DNA of 61,994 nt, the filler included, from Sphacelaria rigidula (lineage: Eukaryota), in the NCBI GenBank assembly GCA_964200075.2. It is 11 parts of 11 records of this genome, joined end to end, with 100 filler letters (N's around TTAATTAATTAA, not from the genome) between each part and the next. Parts side by side here need not be neighbours in the genome. Positions count along the whole stretch, not along the records: positions 1 to 5,545 come from CAXNAA020026460.1; positions 5,646 to 11,190 come from CAXNAA020026461.1; 9 more parts are not named here. One strand, given 5' to 3'. A program made the translations under genes and the position numbers. This document shows, piece after piece, positions 1 to 11,290 of this stretch (positions are counted from its first letter, which is position 1; every line of letters starts with the position of its first letter). The notes beneath the pieces were generated by a model, which was not told the DNA's origin, did not search any database, and saw only the letters and a list, made by a program, of their open reading frames with translations.

Positions 1-2220
1 TGTCGTCCCGGGATCCCAGTTACACTGGGAACAGAAACCACGGAGAATAGTCGGTGACTATTTTCCGATGGTAACGGCGCTTAGACACCCTTGATTGATT
101 TACAATCCCGGGTAGTGTAGGACTCGCCAAAAGAGCTGACCCGCTAAAAAAAAACCAAGAAAGCGCTCACTGGCTGATGGGAGTGCGTAGGCTTTTCTCT
201 CACCGACCAGCAGCAACTGACCTACTGGACACAGGGGGACTCCTATATCTTAGATCAACATTTGCGTCATGGTACAGTGTCCAAGCAGGTACTCGGTGCC
301 CACCCTTTTTGTGCCATGCCCACTCCACGATATTATATGCTCTACTCGAAAGGGGTGGGGCACCCTAAAATCGGATCAACGTTCTTCGAGGCCGAAGAAA
401 CGTCATGAACGAACCGGGTACGTGAAAGAAAGGGTGGAATCAGGTCTGACAAAACCAAGTAATCAATAATCTCCATGGAATGCAATACCGGGAAAAAAAC
501 AAAGGGCGGGCCTAGATCAACTCCGCGAAAAGATGTAAAGGAAATGGGAAACCGAAAAATAGTGCTGGAGGGACGAACCAGGTCCATAGCAAAAAGAGAA
601 GGGAGGATGGCAACTGAAACATGAAAGAAAACTAGAAAGGACCCATCACGTCAGTAACACGAAAAAGACAGCTCATAAAACATGAAAACAGTCAAAAACA
701 AAGGACTGACACGAGAAAAAGGATCAGAACCTACGAAATCAAAAGAAACCAGAACGGGATAGGGAAGAACAAAAGGAATTCAGACTAGAAATGACCGCAC
801 AGAGAAAAAAAGGATGAGGCCCTGAGAAGGAAGCCCTGAGGAGGAAGTTCTGCTCCGAAATAACGAGGCAAGCAAATCGCGAAGGCGCCCCCCCCCCCCC
901 GGAAACAATCAAGATCAAACGTTGTAAGGTGAGAAAATAAAGCCGGGAACGTTACGTAGTATATAACCGAGCTCATAATCAACGGAAAAACACGAGTGAA
1001 GACAGTCCCGAAGAGAGTAGAAAAAAGTACGTACTGAACAGCTGTTCCAATAGAAAGAAAGAAACAGTACTGAACTACTGCTCATTACTATATATAAAAA
1101 TAAAATACAAAGCGCTGCTCGCTTCTGTAATGCACCACAAGACGGTCTCCAGCTTTCCTTCGTAAAATCTCAATGCTTTTCTCTGCTTCGCTCGCTCAAT
1201 GTCATCGACTCGCTCGTGTGGGTCACTTACTTACTGGAGCTCTTCACTTATTGAAGACTCTCCGCAGTCTTCGTCTCATCAGTTCTTTCGAAGCGTTCAC
1301 CGTCGTCGAATACTTGTCCTTTATGCTGAGCGTCGTCAATATCCTCTCCGAATGCAACACCTATGAGGAAACAAGTTCAGAACATCACTGCGCGACAGAG
1401 GCACATGGCGTGTTTGGGCGGGATAGCATACTTGATGCCTTGGCTGGGTGGTGCAGATGCCAAAGGGCGTGGAACCCGTCCATTCGGAAAGCATCAGGCT
1501 TTCCAGGACTCTGCTTCCTGGTAGCTTTTGACATTGCTCCATCCTGGGCCTTTGCGCGCCATTTCCAATCTGTTTTTTTTCTTCTTGAGATTTGGACTCG
1601 CGACGGTGTTTCAGGGTGAGGAGGTGGGGTGTGGGGTTTTCAAGGTTGGCGTCGCCCCGAGGTCTGGTGTTTAACCAAACTAGGCGGAGCCGTCAGCGGT
1701 TGAATATCTCAGGTGGGGCAGGTAACGGTGTGTGGTTCGACCCATGGCGGACTATCTTGCGCGTACGTATTTTGTGTCCTTGCATCACCACCTCCAGACC
1801 ACATGCCGTCATTAGTCCTTGTGCTGCAATTTCCTGCCGTGGCCATCCCGACATTGAGATCTCACTTTCCGGATCCGCCACCAGTTTTACCTCGCATAGG
1901 TGCTATTCGCGCTGTTCTACGAGAGGGTCCAGTCCTGCACTCGGTTCTGCTTCGTGAAGGTCAGCTTAGATATATATGTGTTTTTGCGTCGACACGGCAA
2001 CTCGGGGAAGGGAGCAGCGTGTCAAGCACTGTGCGCTTGGTTCAAGGGGCCAATGAGACCCACCTGACTTGCAAAGCTCTGACAACATATTCAGCACTCA
2101 CCCTCATGGTCTCACGACTGCGCTCTTACCGCGTGGGAGATCTGACGCTTCGGGAAGGATGCCTTCTTTCATTCACCTGCCCAAATGGGTGACTACCTCC
2201 ACGCTAAACGCTTCGCCTCT

Positions 2221-2292
2221 GTTCCGCGAATCTTTGGAGGGACACAGCAAGTTAAGGTTCCGCGAATCTTTTGAGGGGCACAGCAAGCTAGG
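2221..2292. repeat. 36-bp tandem duplication
   Basis: gttccgcgaatcttt(g/t)gaggg(a/g)cacagcaag present twice. Confidence 0.85.
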
Positions 2293-2736
2293 CACATTCT
2301 GCAGGGGCACTGACTACCCTGTTGACTTGTTTTGATGGCTGTGAAAAATCAACTGGGGATCGGGAAGCGAGGTCAAGTGCCTGCAGATGTGTATGTGAGG
2401 GCAACATTACCTCAATTGTTGGCTAGTTGATCACCTCGCCCCATGGGTCTACCGCACGCGCCTACCTGATGGCCGTTTCGCGACTGCTTGGCCTCCTGGG
2501 CCTCCTGCAACGGCATGGCAGCACATCTTGCCTGAAATCTTTCGTGCGTGTGGACGAAAGGGAGCGATCACGTATCGTGGAAAGGGAGGCGCCTACTGAT
2601 AAATTTTCGGGTGCTCATCATTATTTTGGAGCCACCGGCAGCTCCTCCGCATCGACTCCCAGGTATCGCTTTTATTTCGTACTCAGATCGCCTCTAACCA
2701 ACCGTTTCGGCCGTCGCTTTCCCCCCAGGTCCAACG

Positions 2737-3239
2737 GTTTTGTGGGGATTTCAGAAACAGTGGAAGAATTGCAAAAACAGATAGACAAGGCGCAAGAATA
2801 CACTACTGTAGGCAATGGAGAGTGACAGCGAACAGCGAATGAGAGTGATAACGAATGTGAAAATATGCGCGATACTCGTCTGTGACGAGGATGAGAAAAA
2901 AACACTGGAGTTTAGGGGGAAGGGGGGAGGAGGGGAACTGTCGATTCCAGACTAACATACATAACTTGGCTTAAAGATCTCAAAACACTGTTCTTGGGAT
3001 GCACAAATTTACAAGGTAGTATAAAAGGTAAAGTGCAGATAGGAAGGATGAACGCGATCCTCAGAGACCCGCACCCAGACACCAGGATTGAGATATGTAT
3101 ACTGACGAACTTGATCGTACCACAGCTGGAATATGCAGGAGAAGTATGGAAGTGGGACGTGAAATTGGTGGCGCAAGCTAGAAAACAGTACAGAGAGCAG
3201 CAGCCAAGCAGATATTTGGATGCACGGACCTGCCGGAAA
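2737..3239 (+). mobile_element. Degenerate LINE-B (RTEX-like) RT and post-RT fragment
   Basis: Translates to FVGISETVEELQKQIDKAQEYT and RMNAILRDPHPDTRIEICILTNLIVPQLEYAGEVW; homologous to the LINE at 39540-43440. Confidence 0.8.
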
Positions 3240-3400
3240 GATTAATTGGTTGATTGGTTGATTGTCGCACTTCAACTGACCCCCCAGGGGTCCAGCCGTG
3301 GTCTCATGATAGACGTACCCACGAAAAACGAAACTGAAACACGCTCTGAGAAAAAGGGGAACAGAAAACAAAAAGAAGAAGGATACTAGTAATCGGAAAG
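3240..3400 (-). mobile_element. 3' tail fragment of the RTE-type LINE, nested in LINE-B
   Basis: gattgtcgcacttcaactgacccccc...ccagccgtggtctcatgatagacgtaccc matches 18499-18600; (CAAT)n-like tail on the minus strand. Confidence 0.85.
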
Positions 3401-3422
3401 AGGAAGTTGATAGACAAACTAC

Positions 3423-3734
3423 CTCTGTGGCAAAGCAGTCGAGAGCAGGAGTCATAAAGTGGCGCAATGTGAACTGTACAAGGAGGAGCAACACGTGCTA
3501 GAGGGAGAAATGCGGGACGTGAACGAAGGAGACATGGAATCGTCTGATGTATTAGCTACTTAAAATATTTTTGCGCAGAGTATGGGATAAACGTAATGAG
3601 CTATGGAAGAAGCGTAATGAGCGCCGGAATGTTGAACGTGTCTCTATGACGAGCAGGAGCGGTGCTCCGTCTCGAAAGGGATGCGTGGTCAATGGTCAAA
3701 CGACCAAGGCAAGCAACAAGTGAGTACGCCCCCC
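3423..3734 (+). mobile_element. LINE-B 3' end (CCHC finger remnant, structured terminus, C-tract)
   Basis: CGKAVESRSHKVAQCELYKEEQHVLEGEM matches 39757-39951; ends GTGAGTACGCCCCCC. Confidence 0.85.
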
Positions 3735-5015
3735 TCAGATTCGATTGCACCTGTTCTCCCAAAGGGTCTCCTTGCTGGCGATCAGACTGGATGCGTTGGT
3801 CAGGGTCTACAGAGCACGATCATTCGCCACTGTGTCCAGTTCGAGGTCTGTCGGATGAAGTAGGCGTGTCCCCCCCTGCGGAGAGCACTTCGCCTATCTT
3901 CGTTCCTTCGCTAACTGTGCGGAATGACCAGTACTCACACTTTTAACGGAACCTTGATCGGTGCTGTTCGGGCGGTCTCAGGTCTACCACTTGGGGAGCT
4001 ACGTGACGCTAGTCGACAAAAAAGGTGGCGTTGATTTGCTGCGAATGGAGTACAGTACTCTCAAACAAGGGGGTACTTGTAGCTCACCGTTGTTGGTGAC
4101 CAGAATCTGCTTCGGGTCTGTGGAGAACAGCCCAATGTCCAGAGCCCAGCAGGACGCCCACCAGCTCCCGTTTCTCCGATTTACCCACCTGTTAACCTTA
4201 CGCTACAACCTTCCCGATATATGGTTGCACCATCTTCTCAGATGTCTAGCAAACCGCCATTGGCTACGATTGGTGGAGGCGCTGTCGATGCCCGATCTCA
4301 CCCGTTATCCCGAGTTGGCTTTCGTTGCGCTTAGTGGTCGTCCATGGAGTTCGCCATGGCAGGTTTCTCAAGACAAATGTACCTGGGGTGTACTTTCGTG
4401 CGTCAGACAATGACTCTAGCAAAACATTTGCCAAAAAAACACCATGGATGGGCGGGGCTGTACGCTTGCAACATGAAGGTAGCAAAAACACATAGCGAAG
4501 ATGGCTGTAGAGTAAAATTGTCCCGGGGAGTAGAGAATATAACTGAAATTGTAGAAAGAGAGGAGACAAACGACGGAAAATCAAGGGGTACCATACGGCA
4601 GACAGGGGGGCAAAAATGGGAAGAAAAAACAAAATGATAGAGTCGGTGAAAGGACAGAATGACGCAAATAGTGCACCGTGGGCTACGAGTGCTAAATGCA
4701 GACGATGAGGGAAAGGGATCACCAGTATAAAACAGTTTATAGCAAAAGAGAAGAAAATCAACAGCAAAAAATACCAGCGGGAGAGGATATAAACATGTTA
4801 TGATGCGATACCAACGACCATGGGATGACTCGCGGCATTGCGCAGGCACATTCAGCGACAGGAGCGGGCAAGATCGAACAGCAAAAGCGGCAGGGGCGGA
4901 CGGGGGGTGTAGTACTAGTGCGCGCTCTTCAGATGTTCGTGTGCAATTCCGAAACTTTAAAAATAAATAAAGAGGTAAAAGTAGATAGAATAGAATAGAA
5001 TAGAAGAGTCAAACA

Positions 5016-5160
5016 CAACGCTACAGTAGAAGCAGGGTGAACAAAACAAAATGGTCAAGGCGTGAGCCACGCATATAATAACTTTTACAATCGATGTGTC
5101 TACTGCTGCCGATCAACGGCGCTGGTTGCCCCCAATTTCCCGACGTAAAAAACCTATGTA
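5016..5160. repeat. Unclassified dispersed repeat (second copy 18337-18480)
   Basis: caacgctacagtag...tcaaggcgtgagcc...tgtctactgctgccga shared between contigs 1 and 4. Confidence 0.75.
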
Positions 5161-5545
5161 GTGACGGTCCTCTGAAGTGTAGTGGTGGTCCCATGTAGTA
5201 TTGTGACGGTCCCATGTAGTGGCGACACAATGTCAATAAAGTGGCGACAAATTGTGGCGTGGAGCGGAAGCGAATCCATACGACTTGACCCGCGCAATGA
5301 CTTTTCACTATGCCGCACATCAATCAATCACACTAGGGGCCATTTGTCATTTGCTGGGCGTTGAACATGTTTCGCCGCCAGGATGACTCCAGCATAGAAG
5401 CCCCGTATGTTAGTCAGAAATTCAATCGGACTCATACAGAACAGTCCGAACAACTGCTCGAGCAGTCCTGTTTGGTACAAAGTTGCACAGTGTAAACACG
5501 CTGCCACAGCACAGAGTACAGTGCAAACACCATGCGATCACGTAC

Positions 5546-5645
5546 NNNNNNNNNNNNNNNNNNNNNNNNNNNNNNNNNNNNNNNNNNNNTTAATTAATTA
5601 ANNNNNNNNNNNNNNNNNNNNNNNNNNNNNNNNNNNNNNNNNNNN
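5546..5645. other. Artificial contig linker (44N-TTAATTAATTAA-44N)
   Basis: Six-frame stop palindrome between N runs; an identical 100-bp unit recurs every 5645 bp. Confidence 0.98.
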
Positions 5646-6100
5646 TGAAATCGGCCGCACACGCGCAGATTTGGGGCCCACCAAGGCCTCACTTTGTTCA
5701 GAGAATGTATGTACCGCCCTTGCCCGAGGGTTCTCGGTGTGTGTTGGGTTGGACCAACCCAACTAGCCTCTTGGCACTCCAGCGTATCGCAAACATGGAC
5801 GAAAAGCTACGCAGTGGCGCAGTGGCATCCAGCATATATGGAGCAACGGCGGAAGTAACGGTAGGGCTCTCTATATGAATTTTGGATCCATCGTTCTCTC
5901 CCGATGACGTTAGGCATATTTTACCCGACGAGCCTGAATAAGCCCCAAAAGTCGATCTGTTCGTGTCTTTTCGTGCTTTTGGTCGGTGACACTTTTTTTG
6001 CCCAGTTCGAGGGGTCAGGCGCGCCCATAACATGTGACAGTTATTTTTCTGAGGCTCTTTGAACAGCCGATAATCGAAAATGAATAAGGAGCTTTTCATT

Positions 6101-6407
6101 GAGGATGAGAACCCGGAGGATTAAAATTTTCGTATCCGCACTAAATCTTCCAAATATAATTCCATTCCTTCACTTACTTACCGATAGCTATTAAAAACCA
6201 TTTTCGGGGATTTCGGCGATTCGATCGGATCACCTGAATTCCCCAAAATTGTTTCTTCATCCAGGACCCCAACATTTCGGCTATCGAAATCCAAATTTGT
6301 GTGGCGTGTAGTACTTGCCAATAGCTATTGGTAGGTGAACGAATGGAACCATATTTCAAAGATTTCGTGTGGATACGAAGATTTCAATCCTCCGGGTTCT
6401 CATCCTC
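6101..6407. mobile_element. MITE with ~95-bp imperfect terminal inverted repeats (TIRs)
   Basis: GAGGATGAGAACCCGGAGGATT...AATCCTCCGGGTTCTCATCCTC; complementarity extends to about atagctatt; target site duplication (TSD) ambiguous (ATT/AAT or AT). Confidence 0.9.
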
Positions 6408-6423
6408 AATAACAGCTAAGCTC

Positions 6424-6628
6424 CAAGGGTAGGTCGAGTAGAGTATACTCAATTGCGGGGTATTTCGAAAATCGTACTTGAAGTACACAAATTGGGGGTA
6501 GGGTTTCAGGAATCGCTTCACAGCTATTTCTTGGGTATGACTCCCAACACTCTACCCTAACTTGAGTACCCCAAGTAGGTCTTTCAAAATACCCCGCAAT
6601 TGTGTATACTCTACTCGACCTGCCCTTG
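6424..6628. mobile_element. MITE with ~45-bp TIRs (CAAGGG...CCCTTG)
   Basis: CAAGGGTAGGTCGAGTAGAGTATACTCAATTGCGGGGTATTT versus AAATACCCCGCAATTGTGTATACTCTACTCGACCTGCCCTTG; flanks ctaAGCTC / aacAGCTC (partial 8-bp TSD). Confidence 0.9.
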
Positions 6629-6900
6629 AACAGCTCCATCGTCAATTTCGATGACCGGCTGTTTTTTTGTTGTAGGGATCTTTCGAGGACAAATATCTGG
6701 ACCTTAGTGTGCAGCCTTACTCAGACATGTTATGGCCTGAAAAGTGCACCCCTAACTACCGTGGCATCACTCGAAAGTAGTGCTTTGGACTTGAACTTCA
6801 TTACAATGTACAGCCCCATTTCTCGTGACCCTTTGGTCTTACCTGAATGATGACCTCATTATCACGGCCCGAACGAGAGGGACTACGCAACCCAGGCGAT

Positions 6901-6997
6901 GCACCCCGAGTAAAGGCTGAAGCCCTTGCTAGTGCACCCCGAACACAGACTGAAGCCCTTGCGAGTGCACCTCGAACGAAGGCTGAAGCCCTTGCAA
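6901..6997. repeat. 33-bp minisatellite, 3 copies
   Basis: gcacc(c/t)cga...ctgaagcccttgc repeated three times. Confidence 0.9.
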
Positions 6998-7093
6998 GGA
7001 GGACAAAACGATGCCGTGTCTTGTTGGGGGCTCCGACAGCATCCGGCGAAGTTCCATTAGTGATGTATACCACCTTCCAAATCTGCCAATGAA

Positions 7094-7194
7094 CCCTTTG
7101 ACCCCGATGTGGGTAGTCCAGCTGATCATGCACACCTTTCTCGAGTGAATATTGATGCCGATTTAGCAGGTGACCTACCCTCGCGGTCAAAGGT
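7094..7194. mobile_element. ~100-bp piggyBac-like MITE (homologue of 17429-17530)
   Basis: ccctttgacc...ggtcaaagg ends; internal gtgaatattgatgccgatt(t/c)agcaggtgacctac shared; degenerate TTAA flanks. Confidence 0.65.
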
Positions 7195-7604
7195 TTGAAT
7201 CAATTTTGCGAAATCGGGGTTTTACTGAGTCATGCCATGCGGTGGGTTTACAAGAAATATTTCCGAGGTTCGAGTTTTTGTTAGTTATGAGCCCCTTCTC
7301 TCATAAAATTCTCCCGACTCAAACGGAATATGTGAGAGCACACCACGACTAGCGATCATTGCTGCAATGGCCTGGGAACATCTCCAATGAAATTTAGAGC
7401 GGGAATGCCCTGACTGATGTATGCACATCATGAACGTTCGACAGAAATCTAGACAGCTCAACCCGGTGTAACCAAATTGAACTTGGAAAATTAGACGTGA
7501 CATTTACACATTATTATTGCTGCGAGAAAGTATTTCAACAGCTGTCAAGGGTGCGCTTACCGACCAAGCAGTCCGTCGTTCATCAGGTCAAAACTCCAGG
7601 AAAC

Positions 7605-7734
7605 CGCACCCTGGACAAAAGATTAAAAAAAATGCACTGCGTACCGAATGTAATCTGTCCTATTGCAATAGGTGCATTAGTCGATACTGTACGCAGTACG
7701 CTTGTTGACTCTGTATTCTTTAGTCCAGGGTGTG
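7605..7734. mobile_element. 130-bp MITE, TIR C(A/G)CACCCTGGAC, perfect 8-bp TSD
   Basis: CAGGAAAC at 7597-7604 and 7735-7742; ends cgcaccctggacaaaaga / tctttagtccagggtgtg; central palindrome cctattgcaatagg. Confidence 0.92.
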
Positions 7735-10070
7735 CAGGAAACTAGGTTTCATGGTCCAAAATCTACAAAAAACGTCAACCGTCTTATTCTTTCACAACTG
7801 ATGATTGATGACAACAAACATGTCACATGTTGCTCGAAATCTTTCCCATCCAAGCTTTTCATGTGTCCACTGTGTATTATTCATCTTACCGCGAGGAAAG
7901 TACCGCCACCTCGCCTCTATATCGACATACCCTCCACCGGAGGCCTGATGCTTCAATGTGTGATCGATTGCCCGCGGGAATTCCTTCATTCGTCGACCGC
8001 GGGTCTGAATAAAATTGCGAACATCATAGCTGGGAGAAAAAAAAACTCACTTCTACCCTTTAATAATTGCAGTTATTATTTAAAACCGTCATTTTTCATG
8101 ACAGGACGCGAGCGACCCCGCCGCAATGTACACATGGTCACTCAAGTCAGCGTGCACAAAAACGGGAGGCTAAGCTACAACACCGAAAAAACAGTAAGAA
8201 TGGAGGAAGCCGTCTTTGTGTGTGGAACTAACCAAAGATCTCCAGACTGAAAAGGCACTTTCGACCTAGCACTATTACACTCACAGAAATCCATCTGTGC
8301 TAACCCCCCCCCCCCCCCCCTGCTCCCCAACCCCGTCTGGATGATGACTCCAATCTTGTGATGTACAACACGAAAACTGTCCACCAACGGAAACGCGTAC
8401 ATGAAAAAAACGAGACCTAGGCTAAGCGGACCAACCATTTTACCCACCACAAACGAGCACATATTGTGGGGGTGGATGATACATCGAGGCGCACGACGCC
8501 GGAAGAAAAACAAAAAAAGTACCGGTCATGAGAGCATCGCAAGCACACGAACAAACGACCACATTAACAATAAATAGGCATCCTTGACTTGAAGCCACCA
8601 ACACTCTCCCCCCTCCACCACAGTTTCATAAATTGTGGGCACGGAGATACAGTACACACGGAGTCGCCTCGCACGCATGCATGCGGCAATTCCCCTACAA
8701 CTCGTACTGCCACTACTCCCTCCCACCAAGTCAGCTCACCACCGTCTCCATGAAAATGTTTCCTACCCGGTACACGCTACTAACTATGGGAGGGGGGAGT
8801 GATTTTTTGGGGGCATACACAGGGTGCATGGTTGCGTTCTCCTCTTGCAAAAATAGGTCGATAGTGCTCTTCGATGTCCAATCTGTGAAGCACACGCTCC
8901 CCAAGCGATCTCCGACGTGTGTCACTTCGATCGAGATGACACCAGCACGCCGATGGAGAGAAGTCCACTCCACCACTTACAGTACTGCCCTGGTGTGTGC
9001 TGTGCTGTACTACTTGCTGCCCCAAGCGTCATGATCCAGCAGTGCATGGAGAGCCAAGAGAGAGAGAGGGGGGGGGGGGGGAGAAGAAAAAGAAGATCAA
9101 AACAGTCAAGAAAAAAAAAAGGCCACGCACGCGCGCACGCACGCTAGCTCGCATCGCAGCGATTCCCCATCCCCTGCTCAACATGCTCGTACATGCATGC
9201 ACACCTACGTCCGTACGCATACCATCACTGTGCGCTGGAAACCGAAGGCCGGTAATCAGGGCCTCTACGCATACATGCCCCAGTCATTACCGCCGTATTC
9301 GCTCGGCCTGAACCTAGTTCCAATCCTTTCCGCCGGCGCAGGTACGTAAAGCCTACCGACCGGTAATTCAGCGAAGACGGGACTTGGAGGCATGGCTTCG
9401 AGGCAACCCCCCTCCCCCGAATAAAAGAAACTTCTCCCCAACAACCAACACAACGGATCTCGCCTCCAATGGTCGTGGCGCGTGTCCCCTCATGCGACCC
9501 GTGGTTTCCGAATCTAAAAAAAAATGTATCTTCTTTCTCAGACACTCGTGTTACCAACCCAATCAATCAATATGCTTCTTGGGAAAATCACTCGGGGGAC
9601 GAAGAAAAACAACAGTAAATAATGGTCGGCTTTACAGATGCTACTTTACGCGTGAACGGACCGGAAGCCTCGATCGCTTCCCCCAACAGGCTGGCTGGTG
9701 ACTCGTGATACACGCACCTCACTCAGGGCGAAAATTTCTCCCACAAACCCAACGGCGCGCGTGGTTTCCACACACGTAGCACAGCCGTATTCCGTGCGCT
9801 GCAGCTACATATAATTGACACATGTACACGAATCAATATCGAGAGATTGCAACACCCGTAACCCACGATGACTTGCGATTCGACACTCGTCCTTGAACGT
9901 GGGGGTCGTTTCGATCATGCGTTTGGGGGGCAGGGAGGGGGGTAGGGGGGTAGGGTTACACTACAGTAGTTCACGAGACATTTGTTCAACAGACGACGCC
10001 TACGCAACCACAAAAACAACAAGCAGCAACATCAAGTACGTCACATAGACAAGCACAATGACTACACAGA

Positions 10071-10088
10071 CAAACACACACGCGCGCG

Positions 10089-10120
<32 letters not shown>

Positions 10121-10142
10121 AGACACACCACTCACACACACG
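10071..10142. repeat. (CA)n microsatellite
   Basis: Interrupted CA dinucleotide run. Confidence 0.9.
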
Positions 10143-11009
10143 CGTGGACACTAGTCCGTTCGTGCAAACACGCAAAAAATAATAATAATACGCAGAATTT
10201 GTTCGACGTGTCAACTGCAACGTCCTCTAATGACTCAAAATACATACATGCACCATATAAATACAACTCGTAAATTAGAAATCAATACTTCCTATATATA
10301 TATATCATAAGATATCAAGTTTTCTTTTGTCAAGCCAAGGATACAAAAAGAAAAAACCTCCGCAGAAGCTTCCTCTCCGCCTCTCCAACGTCAATCTTCG
10401 CTTATGTGTCTCAATCTACCCACCCCCGCCCTAATTCCCCTTGGCCAATCGCTCCGCTAGCACTCGGGCGTCGATGCCCTCCTTCGAATCTCCATTTCCG
10501 TAAACAAAATAGCCCCTCTCCTCTCACCGTGCTTGTCCGTCACAACAGGCACAAGTAGGGGACAGACAACAACGGGCTATACACAAAAAAAACAGTTCCG
10601 GGCCTGCCCTGGCGAAGCCAGTCTGTGCCACACCTGCATACGGCAGCGAACCGTCGATCGACCGGTGACTGCTTCGGTCTACAACCTCCCCCTCCCCAGG
10701 CACACATCCTCCAGACAACTAAAGCTGGAGGATAAGACTGGCCCTGAGGGACAGAAGGAGCCGCGACGCTCGAGCATTTATTATCTCAGCTCTCAGTAGA
10801 TCTTCCTGGCAGCATCTTCGCCTACCAGAGACGCGCCAAGAAAGATCTCCGTCAGAGAAGATCCAAATCTCTGGGAGTACCCACACACACACACGTACGC
10901 GCACTTCGATCGTCACGCCACAGCAGTATGGCAGGAGTGCTTGCTCGGCAGCACAGAGACGGTCAAATTGACACTCCTGCTCCACATCCTGCCCCCCCCC
11001 CCCTCCGCC

Positions 11010-11145
11010 ATTGCGAGCCTGGTCCGGCGCAAACCCGGCATGATCTGTCCAGACTTTGTCGGGACACGAGGTCAACGGTCTTACGACTACAGAACATGCA
11101 AGATCATGAGCACACCCCTCTGCCCCCCCCCCCCCCCCCCCCCCC
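11010..11145 (+). mobile_element. Short SINE-like element (family S) flanked by C-tracts
   Basis: gcgagcctggtccggcg...atgagcacacccc; other copies at 39383-39415, 57860-57969 and 58379-58430; 3' part aligns with the LINE-B terminus. Confidence 0.75.
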
Positions 11146-11190
11146 GTGTGCCGCTGTCCCCCCTCTCCACCGTCCCCCACCTCCCCCACC

Positions 11191-11290
11191 NNNNNNNNNN
11201 NNNNNNNNNNNNNNNNNNNNNNNNNNNNNNNNNNTTAATTAATTAANNNNNNNNNNNNNNNNNNNNNNNNNNNNNNNNNNNNNNNNNNNN
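11191..11290. other. Artificial contig linker
   Basis: Same 100-bp N/TTAATTAATTAA/N unit. Confidence 0.98.

Noticed and set aside
1..2700. LTR plus gag of a retrotransposon
   Set aside because: The A-rich segment shares short matches with 31741-31865 and decayed ORF-like text follows, but I found no diagnostic motif or paired LTR; left unclassified.
5590..5601. Regularly spaced TTAATTAATTAA palindrome as a biological repeat
   Set aside because: It is embedded in fixed N runs and is an artificial six-frame stop linker.
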